Shown piece by piece: positions 40,014 to 49,818 of a stretch of 64,000 nt of DNA. The notes beneath the pieces are model-generated. The model saw only the letters and a program-made list of their open reading frames with translations. It made no database searches and was not told the DNA's origin. The translations under genes and the position numbers were made by a program. The stretch is from a virus. The stretch lies in IMG/VR virus record IMGVR_UViG_3300027759_000048. One strand, given 5' to 3'. Every line of letters starts with the position of its first letter. Positions within the stretch are counted from its first letter, which is position 1.

Positions 40014-41759
40014 ATGGCATATTCACTTTCCCCAGGCGTGACATGGTCCGAAATTGATCTTACGACCGTTGTTCCTGCCGCATCTACTACAGAAGGGGCA
40101 TTTGCCGGAAACTTTGATTGGGGTCCTATTGACGAGGTTACTACAATTGCTAATGAGGTTGAACTAGTTCGCTGGTTCGGTCAACCATCAGATAATACAG
40201 CAGTTTCATTCTTCACCGCAGCTAACTTCTTGGCTTATGGTGATAACCTCAGAGTAGTTCGCTCAGCCAATACATTCGCCGCTAAATGCGCTACATCTGG
40301 TAACACAGCAGCCCTAGTTAAAAATCGTGACGATTGGGATACCAATTGGGACGTATTCGCTACCAATAGCCCTGCATACGGCATGTTCGCTGCTCGTTAT
40401 GCTGGTACACTCGGCAACGAGATTAAAGTTTGCGTGTTTGCTAAAGCAAATGTTAGTTCTTCTGACGCCGATTGGGCAAATTGGGAACAAGCTGCACAGT
40501 TCAATGGTCCTCCAGGAACATCAAAGTATGTTGCCGACCGTGGTGGTGCTAACGACGAAATGCACATTATCGTTCTTGATACCAAAGGTACATTCACTGG
40601 TGGTATTGCAAACTCAGTTCTTGAAAGATACTCAAACCTTTCAAAAGCAGTTGACGCTACTAATGATGACGGTTCTTCAAACTACTATGCTAGTGTTATT
40701 GCGGACCGTTCAGCATTCCTATGGCCAATCAACCATGCGATTTCTAACACAACTGTTCCTGTTGTTCAAACCTCAACATGGGGTAACACAGCATCAGGTG
40801 TTCAATTCTCGCAGTCAAATGCTTCATTCAACTTTACATTAGCAGGCGGTGTTCTAGCTACTCCAACTGATGGACAGCTTCAGAATTCCTATGTTAAGTT
40901 TTCTGATACCGATGCTTACGACACATCATTAATCATGATGGGCGGTTCTTCAAACACCGTTTCTAAGTATATTATCGATAACATTGCTGCTCCTGGTGGT
41001 TCATTTGGTCGTGGCGACGTTGTTGTATTCGTTTCACCACAATACACAGACGTTGTTGATCAACCTGGCTCAGAAGTAACAAAGTCACTTGTTACAAGAA
41101 ACTTCTTTGGTTCATCTTCATATGCCTTCATGGACTCAGGATGGAAGAAGCAGTTTGACAAGTATAACAACAAGTATCGTTGGATTCCTCTCAATGGTGA
41201 CGTTGCTGGTCTCTGTGCCCGCACCGATCAGACAAGAGATGCTTGGTTCTCACCAGCCGGTCTTAACCGTGGTCAGATCAAGAATGTTACAAAACTTTCT
41301 TGGCAGCCAACAAAGGCTGACAGAGATAACCTCTACAAGAACAACATCAATCCAGTTGTTACATTCAAAGGCGAAGGCACTGTTCTCTATGGTGATAAAA
41401 CACTACAGACAAAGCCATCAGCATTTGATCGTATCAATGTTCGTAGATTGTTTATCGTTCTTGAAAAGTCAATCTCAAAGGCAGCTAAGTATTCACTCTT
41501 TGAGTTCAACGATGAATTTACAAGATCACAATTCGTTGCTCTTGTAGAACCATTCCTACGAGACGTTAAAGGTCGTCGTGGTATCTATGACTTCCGTGTA
41601 GTTTGTGACGAAACAAACAATACACCACAAGTCATCGATAGTAATCAATTCATCGGGGACATTTATGTCAAGCCAGCCCGTTCTATCAACTTTATTCATC
41701 TTAACTTTGTGGCTGTTAGAACTGGTGTTGCCTTCTCCGAAATTGTTGGCAAATTCTAA
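40014..41759 (+). CDS. gp18: Tail sheath protein gp18
   Basis: LSPGV...EIDLT, WFSPAG.NRG, FDRINVRRLF, KPARSINFI. Confidence 0.97.
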   Translation: MAYSLSPGVTWSEIDLTTVVPAASTTEGAFAGNFDWGPIDEVTTIANEVELVRWFGQPSDNTAVSFFTAANFLAYGDNLRVVRSANTFAAKCATSGNTAALVKNRDDWDTNWDVFATNSPAYGMFAARYAGTLGNEIKVCVFAKANVSSSDADWANWEQAAQFNGPPGTSKYVADRGGANDEMHIIVLDTKGTFTGGIANSVLERYSNLSKAVDATNDDGSSNYYASVIADRSAFLWPINHAISNTTVPVVQTSTWGNTASGVQFSQSNASFNFTLAGGVLATPTDGQLQNSYVKFSDTDAYDTSLIMMGGSSNTVSKYIIDNIAAPGGSFGRGDVVVFVSPQYTDVVDQPGSEVTKSLVTRNFFGSSSYAFMDSGWKKQFDKYNNKYRWIPLNGDVAGLCARTDQTRDAWFSPAGLNRGQIKNVTKLSWQPTKADRDNLYKNNINPVVTFKGEGTVLYGDKTLQTKPSAFDRINVRRLFIVLEKSISKAAKYSLFEFNDEFTRSQFVALVEPFLRDVKGRRGIYDFRVVCDETNNTPQVIDSNQFIGDIYVKPARSINFIHLNFVAVRTGVAFSEIVGKF

Positions 41760-41786
41760 TAAATAAAGGAAAAGGAGAAAACTCAA

Positions 41787-42344
41787 ATGGCTTTTAATGT
41801 CAATCAATTTAGAGCAACACTAGTAAACGACGGCGCTCGTCCAAGTTTATTTGAAGTTGTAATGGCTCTACCACCAATTCTTGGTGCTGCGCCATTGACC
41901 CCAGATGTCATCTTCAGAGTGAGGGCAACCTCACTCCCAGGTGATGGTGTTTCATCAATCAGTGTTCCTTATTTCGGTCGTGAAATCAAGATCGCCGGAA
42001 CAAGAACATTCCCAGATTGGTCATTCACAATCATCAATGATGAAAACTTTGTTGCCCGTAGAAACTTAGAAACATGGCTAAACCTAATCAATGGTCACGT
42101 TTCTAACCTTCGTGCTCCACAGGCTCTAGCAGCGTTCTCATATCAATCAGACGCATTAGTAACACAGTTTAGTAAAGCTGGTCCTCCAATCAAGTCATAC
42201 AAGATTGTTGGTTGCTTTCCTACTGATGTTGCTCCAATTGAACTTGATTGGGGACTAGGCGATCAGATCGAAGAATACGGTGTTACACTCGCCTATCAAT
42301 GGTGGGAAGCACTCGACGGTTCTACAGATATTTCTGGCGCTTAA
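41787..42344 (+). CDS. gp19: Tail tube protein gp19
   Basis: GARPSLFEV, FGREIKIAG.RTF..W..T..NDE.F. Confidence 0.95.
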   Translation: MAFNVNQFRATLVNDGARPSLFEVVMALPPILGAAPLTPDVIFRVRATSLPGDGVSSISVPYFGREIKIAGTRTFPDWSFTIINDENFVARRNLETWLNLINGHVSNLRAPQALAAFSYQSDALVTQFSKAGPPIKSYKIVGCFPTDVAPIELDWGLGDQIEEYGVTLAYQWWEALDGSTDISGA

Positions 42345-42366
42345 TAGCTAGACTAAATACTAGACA

Positions 42367-42392
42367 TTCCATGGGGCTACGGTCCCATGGAA
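42367..42392 (+). terminator. Hairpin with cUACGg tetraloop between gp19 and gp20 (terminator/attenuator or 5' stabiliser)
   Basis: TTCCATGGGGC-TACG-GTCCCATGGAA, 11-bp stem with one G-U pair, weak U tract. Confidence 0.65.
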
Positions 42393-42420
42393 CTTTCATC
42401 ATGTTCAAGGAGTAACGACC

Positions 42421-44307
42421 ATTCGTTTATTTGGCTTTCAGATAGGTGCCGACGATCAGGATAAGAAACCAGATCAATACGGTCAACCAACACAAAAGAC
42501 ATTTGCTATACCGCAGACAGACGATGGTGCTGTTACGGTTGCAGGTGCTGGCTATTATGGTACATATGTTGATCTCGATGGTACGTTTAGAAACGAAACA
42601 CAACTTATCACAAAGTATCGTGAACTTGCTATTCAACCTGAAATGGAAACTGCTATTGACGAAATCGTCAATGAAGCAATCGTTATTGAGGACTCTGGCA
42701 CATCCGTAGAAATCAATATGGATGAAGTCAAAGCTCCACCTGCTATTAAGAAAAAGATCGAAGACGAATTTAACCTACTACTAAAGATGTTGAACTTCGG
42801 TAACATGGGTCACGACATCTTTCGTCGTTGGTATGTTGATGGTAGATTATACTATCACCTTGTTATCGATGAGCTTAATCCAGCAATGGGTGTTCAGGAG
42901 ATCAAGTATATTGATCCTCGTCGTATTCGCAAGATACGTGAAATCCAAAAGATGCGTGATCCTCAAACAGGTATTGAGTTGATCAAAAAGACAATTGAAT
43001 ACTATCTCTATAATGAAAAAGGTATGGTCGGCGCTGGTGCTAATCTTGGTGCTAAGATTGCCGTCGATTCCGTTGTCAACGTAAACTCAGGTATCATGGA
43101 TCCAAAACAGACCATGGTGCTTTCATACTTACACAAAGCAATCAAACCATTTAACAATCTACGCATGGTAGAGGACGCAACTGTTATCTATCGTCTAAGC
43201 CGTGCTCCTGAGCGTAGAGTTTTCTATATCGACGTTGGTAACATGCCAACAGTTAAAGCGGAACAGTATGTCCGTGATATCATGGTTAAGTATCGTAACA
43301 AACTAGTTTACGATAGTAATACTGGTGAGATCAAAGACGACCGCAAACATCTATCAATGCTAGAAGATTTCTGGTTGCCACGCCGTGAAGGTTCTAAAGG
43401 AACTGAAATCTCTACACTAGAAGGCGCACGTAATCTAGGTGAAATGGAAGACGTTAAGTATTTCCAAAGTAAACTATACAAGTCACTCAATGTTCCTATT
43501 GGTCGTCTAGAACCTCAGCAAGGCTTCTCACTTGGTCGTTCAACAGAAATTACCAGAGACGAAATCAAGTTCAATAAGTTTGTTCAAAGACTACGCAATA
43601 AGTTTTCATCACTCTTTGATGATCTTCTTCGTGTTCAACTCATTCTCAAGAATGTATGTACCGAAGAAGAGTGGAAAGAGTTTAAAGAAGACATTTGGTA
43701 TGACTATAAGAAAGACAATAACTTTGATGAACTAAAAGACGCCGAACTATTATCAATGCGTCTCGATACACTTATTAAAGTTGATCCATTCGTTGGTAAG
43801 TATTACAGTGTTGAATGGGTTCGTAAGAACATTCTACAGCAAACCGACGAAGATATGGAAGAGATCAACGCACAGATGGAACAAGAGAATGCTGTTCTAG
43901 CACAGCAACAGCAACAAGCAATGGTTGATCAGCAGGTTCAACAACAGCAAGATATGCAGAACCAAATTGAGTTTGGTGCTCAACAGCAAATTGCTCAGGC
44001 TATAACACAAAAAGAAGTTGACAAGATTACTGGACCAGATCAAGGTCAAGGTAAATCAGAAAAAGCAAATCAAAGCCATGAAACTAAAATCATGGATAAG
44101 AAGATTGAACTAGAACGTATCAAGGCAAGCAAAGGCGCTCCTAAGAAACCAGAGAAGAAGCCTGCTGCTAAGAAGAAGACTGTGGCAGAAGAAGCCAAAG
44201 ATATGGGACTAGTGTATATCGGCAACGGTCGTTATGCTGATCGTTCTGGTAGTGTTACACATCTAAATGAAAATGGTATATTGTTACCATACATAAATAA
44301 GGATTAA
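42421..44307 (+). CDS. gp20: Portal protein gp20 (probable ATT start at 42421)
   Basis: WYVDGR, IYRL.RAPERR.FYIDVGN, MLEDFWLPRREG. The conserved N-terminus (LFGF...LI.KYRE.A..PE) lies upstream of the track start at 42643. Confidence 0.95.
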   Translation: MRLFGFQIGADDQDKKPDQYGQPTQKTFAIPQTDDGAVTVAGAGYYGTYVDLDGTFRNETQLITKYRELAIQPEMETAIDEIVNEAIVIEDSGTSVEINMDEVKAPPAIKKKIEDEFNLLLKMLNFGNMGHDIFRRWYVDGRLYYHLVIDELNPAMGVQEIKYIDPRRIRKIREIQKMRDPQTGIELIKKTIEYYLYNEKGMVGAGANLGAKIAVDSVVNVNSGIMDPKQTMVLSYLHKAIKPFNNLRMVEDATVIYRLSRAPERRVFYIDVGNMPTVKAEQYVRDIMVKYRNKLVYDSNTGEIKDDRKHLSMLEDFWLPRREGSKGTEISTLEGARNLGEMEDVKYFQSKLYKSLNVPIGRLEPQQGFSLGRSTEITRDEIKFNKFVQRLRNKFSSLFDDLLRVQLILKNVCTEEEWKEFKEDIWYDYKKDNNFDELKDAELLSMRLDTLIKVDPFVGKYYSVEWVRKNILQQTDEDMEEINAQMEQENAVLAQQQQQAMVDQQVQQQQDMQNQIEFGAQQQIAQAITQKEVDKITGPDQGQGKSEKANQSHETKIMDKKIELERIKASKGAPKKPEKKPAAKKKTVAEEAKDMGLVYIGNGRYADRSGSVTHLNENGILLPYINKD

Positions 44308-44310
44308 GAT

Positions 44311-45129
44311 TTGTCTAAAGGTCTTGCTAGTGTTAAGACACTAACAGCAAAACAGATTGCGGATAAGTGGAAGCTACCTTTATCAGTAGTGGCAAAGAAG
44401 ATTGCTGCTGGAGTCAAGGTAGAGAAAGAACACACTACAAGCACAAGACAAGCTAACGAGATTGCAAGAGACCATCTTGGTGAAAGACCAGATTACTATG
44501 ATAAACTTGACAAGATGGAAAAAACAAAGATTGTAAAAGAGAATACAACTGTTACTGCTGGTATTGGTGGTTTAGGATTCAATACAGGAACACCTGCAAT
44601 TGATGCCGACAATCAATACATAGATACTAATTCCATGTCATATGAAGATTGGAATGGTGCTATACTAAAGATGATCAAAGACAAACATCATAATCATCTT
44701 ATTGATATGGGCTTTACATCATATTCACCTAATGATATACAGACCGCTTCTAACAAAATTGTTAAAGAAGCAAAACATCCATTACAAGCTAACTATGATA
44801 AGTATAGAAAAGGTGAACTAAACGAACTTGGTGAGTATGATAACAAAGGTGGTATGTCAGGTTACGAAGGTACATCAGGTCCTATAGGCAACAAACCCGA
44901 CTTGATTGTGGATAGAGGCGGTGAAAAGGGTCAAACAAAATACGGTCAACAATTCAAAGAGGAAACTAAAATGGACAATAAAGAACTTATCAACGAGGCT
45001 CTTGATTGTATCCTTGAAGATAATCTTCCAGAAATGAAAGATAATCTTATGAAGGCTCTACAAGAGAAAGCTATGGAAAAGTTGGAAGAGCGTAAGAAAG
45101 AAATCGCTGCCAACTACTTTGCACAGTAA
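44311..45129 (+). CDS. Prohead core/internal protein: DUF5661-like N-domain fused to gp67-like C-terminus
   Basis: G.KVE.EHT...A.EIA.DHL.E.PDYY.KL; C-terminal ...AMEKLEERKKEIAANYF; TTG start after AAGGA. Confidence 0.65.
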   Translation: MSKGLASVKTLTAKQIADKWKLPLSVVAKKIAAGVKVEKEHTTSTRQANEIARDHLGERPDYYDKLDKMEKTKIVKENTTVTAGIGGLGFNTGTPAIDADNQYIDTNSMSYEDWNGAILKMIKDKHHNHLIDMGFTSYSPNDIQTASNKIVKEAKHPLQANYDKYRKGELNELGEYDNKGGMSGYEGTSGPIGNKPDLIVDRGGEKGQTKYGQQFKEETKMDNKELINEALDCILEDNLPEMKDNLMKALQEKAMEKLEERKKEIAANYFAQ

Positions 45130-45139
45130 GGATTAGACA

Positions 45140-46426
45140 ATGAAGACCATCAAGCAATTTCGTGAAGAATACGATAGTGAAATTTTGGCGATTACTGCGC
45201 CAGATGAACTTATGCTTGAAGGTCGTGAAAACAGTGTGATCAAGGCTGCCGATAAAGCAGTACCATCACCAAGTGTTATGCCAACTATGCTTATGTTTAG
45301 AAGAGTAGCATATAGACAGTATCCTGGTAAACAGGTTGTTGCTCTTTACTATTCTAAACTAGTCAATAAGTATCTATCTATACCTTTTGGTCCTGATGGT
45401 AATCTAAATCTAAGTGAAGCGGTTGTTCTTGACGAAGGAGCAATTCGTGACATTGCTACAAATGCCGCTGCTGGACACATAGTAGGAACAGTTGGTGGCT
45501 TGCCTGGCGCTATAGTAGGAACTGCCGTTGGTGCTGGTGTTGGTGCTTACAAGGCATACAAGAAATCAAAAGAGAAGAAAGACATGAAAGAAGATTGGTC
45601 TGATGCGAAATATAAGAACCCTGAAGGTGGTCTAACTAAAGCTGGTGTCATGAGATATCGTCGTGAGAATCCAGGTTCAAAGTTGCAGACTGCCGTTACT
45701 ACTAAGCCTTCAAAGTTGAAGAAAGGTAGTAAAGCAGCCAATCGTCGTAAATCATTCTGTGCCCGTATGGGTGGAATGAAAAAGAGATTAACCTCTGCTA
45801 AGACAGCAAGAGATCCAGATTCACGTATCAATAAAGCATTGCGTAAGTGGAACTGTGAGGAATCATTCAAAGCAAAACTCGCTGAGAAGAGACAAGAAAG
45901 ACTTGATGAGTTTGCACCTTTAGCCGCTGCAGGAGCTATGGGAAGAGCCGCACTTAGTGCAGTTGGTGGATGGGCTTTAGATAAAGTCAAATCATTTGTT
46001 ACAGGCGGATCAGGTCAAGGCGGTGCGGCAGGCGGTGATAGTTCTTCATCTAAATCACGCCGTGGTGAATTGTTAAGAGCAAAGCCTAACACACAAACAC
46101 AGAGCACATGGAAAGCTGCTAGACCTGGTAATGAAACAACTCAATCCAGACAAAAGGCAGCACTAGAGAAACAACTTAGTGCTACACCTAAGAAACAAGT
46201 TGCTGAGAACAAGATTTCGGATATACAAAACATGCTCAATGAGGGTGATGAAACTATGGATCTTTCTATCAACGGAAGAACAGTTACCCTAAATAATAGT
46301 ATGGCAAAAAAGATTATAAGAGTTTATGAGTCCGTCAATACTAAGAACAAGAAGATTGTTGAAAGTATGCTAAACGAAGACCTCGACTCTTTCAAGAAAC
46401 TACTAAACTTTTCAATAAAGGCATAA
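45140..46426 (+). CDS. Internal head protein containing DUF6321-like basic domain
   Basis: MKTIKQFRE (capsid-targeting-like N-terminus); KNPEGGL...RRKSFCARM...SRINKALRKWNC. Confidence 0.65.
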   Translation: MKTIKQFREEYDSEILAITAPDELMLEGRENSVIKAADKAVPSPSVMPTMLMFRRVAYRQYPGKQVVALYYSKLVNKYLSIPFGPDGNLNLSEAVVLDEGAIRDIATNAAAGHIVGTVGGLPGAIVGTAVGAGVGAYKAYKKSKEKKDMKEDWSDAKYKNPEGGLTKAGVMRYRRENPGSKLQTAVTTKPSKLKKGSKAANRRKSFCARMGGMKKRLTSAKTARDPDSRINKALRKWNCEESFKAKLAEKRQERLDEFAPLAAAGAMGRAALSAVGGWALDKVKSFVTGGSGQGGAAGGDSSSSKSRRGELLRAKPNTQTQSTWKAARPGNETTQSRQKAALEKQLSATPKKQVAENKISDIQNMLNEGDETMDLSINGRTVTLNNSMAKKIIRVYESVNTKNKKIVESMLNEDLDSFKKLLNFSIKA

Positions 46427-46429
46427 TCG

Positions 46430-46918
46430 ATGGCAACAGTATTAACAACTCAAACATTGGTCGATACCAATAGACATACAGTGATTAAGGTTGTTGGTGT
46501 CGGTGGCACTGATGCCAATGTATCTCTAGTTAAAGCAGCTAATTTAGCATACGCAATCAATGCTACAGGTCAGGTTAGTTCAACTAATCCTAAGCGTCTT
46601 AATAGAGTTGCTATCAAGCGTGTTTGGGGTCAAGGTCAAATGACTGCGGCTAAGGCAGTAACACTACAATGGGGTGGCAACTCCAATAGTGCTATCGTTA
46701 CATTTGGTACAGGTTCATTTGATTATAACTTTGATTCCTCAAGCACCCAAGGAACAATTGAAATTCCCGATCAAGCAAACTGCACAGGCGATATTGTATT
46801 CTCCAGCACAGCAGGCGCTACAGATACCTGGACACTCTTTATTGATCTAAAGAAAGATGGTCGTGACTTTGATCAAGGTCAGGCCAGAGATCCTCTAGCT
46901 TTTAACAACGGATTGTAA
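46430..46918 (+). CDS. Conserved virion-associated hypothetical protein
   Basis: 162-aa beta-rich ORF in the head module. Confidence 0.6.
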   Translation: MATVLTTQTLVDTNRHTVIKVVGVGGTDANVSLVKAANLAYAINATGQVSSTNPKRLNRVAIKRVWGQGQMTAAKAVTLQWGGNSNSAIVTFGTGSFDYNFDSSSTQGTIEIPDQANCTGDIVFSSTAGATDTWTLFIDLKKDGRDFDQGQARDPLAFNNGL

Positions 46919-46919
46919 T

Positions 46920-47675
46920 ATGTCAAGACAACTAATCGAATCCATCATTTCAAATAACATGCTTGAAGCCAATGATATGGTTGAAGCAAAACTTGCTGAG
47001 ATTAGAGAACGCAAGATTTACGAAATGAAGCGTATGTTTGCTGCCAAGATGCATGAAGGCGTTGGTGGTCTGACTAAAGCTGAGGTTGAAGCAAGAAGAA
47101 AAGCTGGCTATAAAAAAGCATCCGAAGTTCTTGGTGATCCTAGAAAAGAAATGACACCAATCGCAGGACATCGATTCAAGAAGATTAAAAAAAAAGTAGT
47201 TGAAGCTGTAGAAGTTCAACCTGATCCAGAAGGTAAAGTTAGAGGCGGATCTGGTAAAGTTCAAAAAGGTACTTTTAGAAGAAAAGCTGAGACAGTTGCA
47301 ATAAAAGCTGGAAGAAAGATAGGTGGTGCTGCCGGTGAGGTTATTAATCGTGTTAATGCAGCCAGACAATTTTGGAAACAGTATAAACAAGAAAGAGCAT
47401 CAGCTAAACCGTCTGATGACGATTATAGAAAAGCTGCCGGTGCTGAACCAAGTCAGCCAAAAGCGACAACTAAGAGACCTGGAATGCTAAAAAGAAATAT
47501 CAATACTTTCATGGGTCGTGAACCTGGTCATGTTGATGATAGAACGCCTGAAGAGAAGCTAAATCAAAAAGGCGGTCGTGTTGGTAAGGTAGCAAGAGCA
47601 GTTGCTGGTGCCGCCGGTCGTTCTGTTGGATCAGTTGTATCCGATCTTGAAAGTATCGGAACTAAACATTTATAA
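46920..47675 (+). CDS. Prohead core protein (gp67/68-like) with Lys/Arg-rich extension
   Basis: Position just before gp21; helical N-terminus, very basic C-terminus. Confidence 0.55.
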   Translation: MSRQLIESIISNNMLEANDMVEAKLAEIRERKIYEMKRMFAAKMHEGVGGLTKAEVEARRKAGYKKASEVLGDPRKEMTPIAGHRFKKIKKKVVEAVEVQPDPEGKVRGGSGKVQKGTFRRKAETVAIKAGRKIGGAAGEVINRVNAARQFWKQYKQERASAKPSDDDYRKAAGAEPSQPKATTKRPGMLKRNINTFMGREPGHVDDRTPEEKLNQKGGRVGKVARAVAGAAGRSVGSVVSDLESIGTKHL

Positions 47676-47678
47676 ATA
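47671..47678 (+). promoter_or_regulatory. T4-type late promoter TATAAATA
   Basis: Exact box upstream of gp21. Further nnTAAATA boxes at 1985, 21669, 26215, 36856, 39957, 41758, 42352, 44292, 48349 and 51284. Confidence 0.75.
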
Positions 47679-47696
47679 CACCTATAGGGTAAACAA

Positions 47697-48344
47697 ATGA
47701 AACTTATTAGAGAAGAAATACAAGACGTTCAATACTTAGTAGAAGCCGATGGTAAAGGTGGCAAGAACCACTTTATCACTGGCATCTTCATGCAGGCTGA
47801 AAAGCAGAACCGTAACGGTCGTGTATATCCTATGAATGTGCTTTCAAAAGAAGCATCAAGATATAACACCGAGTATGTTGCTAAGAACAGAGCATTTGGT
47901 GAACTAGGTCATCCAGAGAATCCTCAAATCAATCTAGACAGAGTTTCGCATATGATCACCAAGTTATATGCTGATGGTACTAACTTTATTGGTAAAGCAA
48001 AGATTATGGATACTCCTAATGGTAAGATTGTTAAGAGCTTACTAGATGGTGGTGCAAGTCTTGGTGTGTCGACCAGAGGCGTAGGGTCTCTTCGTCCACA
48101 CAATGGATATCAACAAGTCCAAGACGATTTCAAGTTGGCTACAGCGGCAGACATTGTAGCAGATCCAAGCGCACCAGACGCATTTGTGCAGGGCATTATG
48201 GAAGGCAAAGAGTGGGTTTTTGAGAATGGTAAGTGGAAAGAGCAAGAATATTATCATGCTAAGAAACTTATATCAGAAGCCTCAAAGAGTGAAATTGAGT
48301 CAGTGGCTCTACGAATTTTTGAAAATTACATTTCAAAACTTTGA
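47697..48344 (+). CDS. gp21: Prohead protease gp21
   Basis: GIFMQAE..NRNGRVYP, GELGHP, GVSTRG.GS, DIVADPSAPDAFV. Confidence 0.96.
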   Translation: MKLIREEIQDVQYLVEADGKGGKNHFITGIFMQAEKQNRNGRVYPMNVLSKEASRYNTEYVAKNRAFGELGHPENPQINLDRVSHMITKLYADGTNFIGKAKIMDTPNGKIVKSLLDGGASLGVSTRGVGSLRPHNGYQQVQDDFKLATAADIVADPSAPDAFVQGIMEGKEWVFENGKWKEQEYYHAKKLISEASKSEIESVALRIFENYISKL

Positions 48345-48382
48345 AAATACTAAATAAAGAAAGATAAAGGAGTATCTATCAA

Positions 48383-49780
48383 ATGGCATCACTAACAGAA
48401 ACAGCAAAGGCTGTTCTTGAAGGTAAAAGCAAGATCGAGGAAGGATATGGCATCAATTATCCATCAGTGGGTAATGGTTCTGTTTCTAACCCAAATCCTG
48501 TTGATCCTTCAACAGCATCAACAGCTAATGCTAAGACACTAAAACCAAAGTCAAAATCATCTGAAGCCGATCCAAAGCATAATGAAGCTAAGGACCTCGG
48601 TGGTCAGACACCTACTTCACTTCCATCTGGCAACCTTGGTGCTGCCGCTGCTGGTGGTGAGAAGAGAGACACCTCAATCAAGGGTTCTGGCGCAAATGCT
48701 GAACCTGCTAAGAAGCTATCTGCCGTCGCTGAAGAGATGGAAGATGACGGTGAGGTAGTTGAAGAGAATAGAGAACTTTCTCTCGCCGAACGTGTTAAGG
48801 CTCTTAAAGAAGCCCGTAAGCACAAGGCTGAAAAAGAAGAGGAAGACGAGAAAGAAGAGAAGCATGAAGGCAAAATGGAAAAGTGCGATGAAGACATCGA
48901 ACTTTCCGAAGAGCTTGAAGACTTTATTCAAGAAGGCATCGAAGCCGGTCTTTCAGAAGAAGAAATTCTAGCTGCTATTGATGAGAACTTTGAATTTGTT
49001 TCAGAAGAAGCAGAAGAAGAGACAGTAGCAGAAGCCCTAGAGACCTATGAAGTCGATATGGCTGAACACGTTAATGCCCTTCTCGAAGGCGAAGACCTTT
49101 CAGAAGAGTTCCAAGCTAAAGCTACAACAATCTTTGAAGCTGCTGTTAAGGCAAAGCTAGAAGAGGAAGTTGCTCTACTAGAACAGGCTTATGCCGAGAC
49201 ACTAGAAGAGAGAGTTGAAGAGATTATGGAAGAACTTGCTTCCAATGTTGATGACTATCTCAACTATGTTGTTGAACAATGGATTGCTGAGAATGAGGTT
49301 GCTGTTGAGTCCGCTCTCCGTAGCGAACTTACAGAAGATTTCATTTCTGGACTCCGTTCCCTATTTGCTGAACATTACATTGATGTTCCAGAAGAAGAGG
49401 TTCAGGTTGTTGAAGAACTATCATCAACAGTCGAAGAACTCGAAGCAAAACTAAACGAAGAAATTCAGCGTAATGTTGAACTAACATCTATGCTTGCTGA
49501 ATCCCGCAAGGTCGAACTAGCCGCTACAGTTTGTGAAGGTCTAACCGATACACAAGCTCAGAAGCTACTTGCTCTTGTTGAGAACGTCGAGTATACCGAC
49601 GACGAAACTTTTGTCAATAAAATTTCAACACTAAGGGAGAATTACTTCCCAACATCAGTTAAGGCTGATGCAGTTCTTGACCGTGTTGAGTCAGCCGATC
49701 CACAGACAATCACTGAAGAAAATCTACAGGGTCCAATGGCTAAATATGTGAAGGCACTTGGTAAAAGTCTTCCAAAGTAA
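48383..49780 (+). CDS. gp22: Prohead core scaffold gp22
   Basis: Glu-rich; LSEEF..KA.TIFEAA, YLNYVVEQW, LF.EHYIDVPEE. Confidence 0.93.
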   Translation: MASLTETAKAVLEGKSKIEEGYGINYPSVGNGSVSNPNPVDPSTASTANAKTLKPKSKSSEADPKHNEAKDLGGQTPTSLPSGNLGAAAAGGEKRDTSIKGSGANAEPAKKLSAVAEEMEDDGEVVEENRELSLAERVKALKEARKHKAEKEEEDEKEEKHEGKMEKCDEDIELSEELEDFIQEGIEAGLSEEEILAAIDENFEFVSEEAEEETVAEALETYEVDMAEHVNALLEGEDLSEEFQAKATTIFEAAVKAKLEEEVALLEQAYAETLEERVEEIMEELASNVDDYLNYVVEQWIAENEVAVESALRSELTEDFISGLRSLFAEHYIDVPEEEVQVVEELSSTVEELEAKLNEEIQRNVELTSMLAESRKVELAATVCEGLTDTQAQKLLALVENVEYTDDETFVNKISTLRENYFPTSVKADAVLDRVESADPQTITEENLQGPMAKYVKALGKSLPK

Positions 49781-49818
49781 TTTAACTAGTTAAAAAACAT
49801 AGAAAGAAGGAAACTAAA

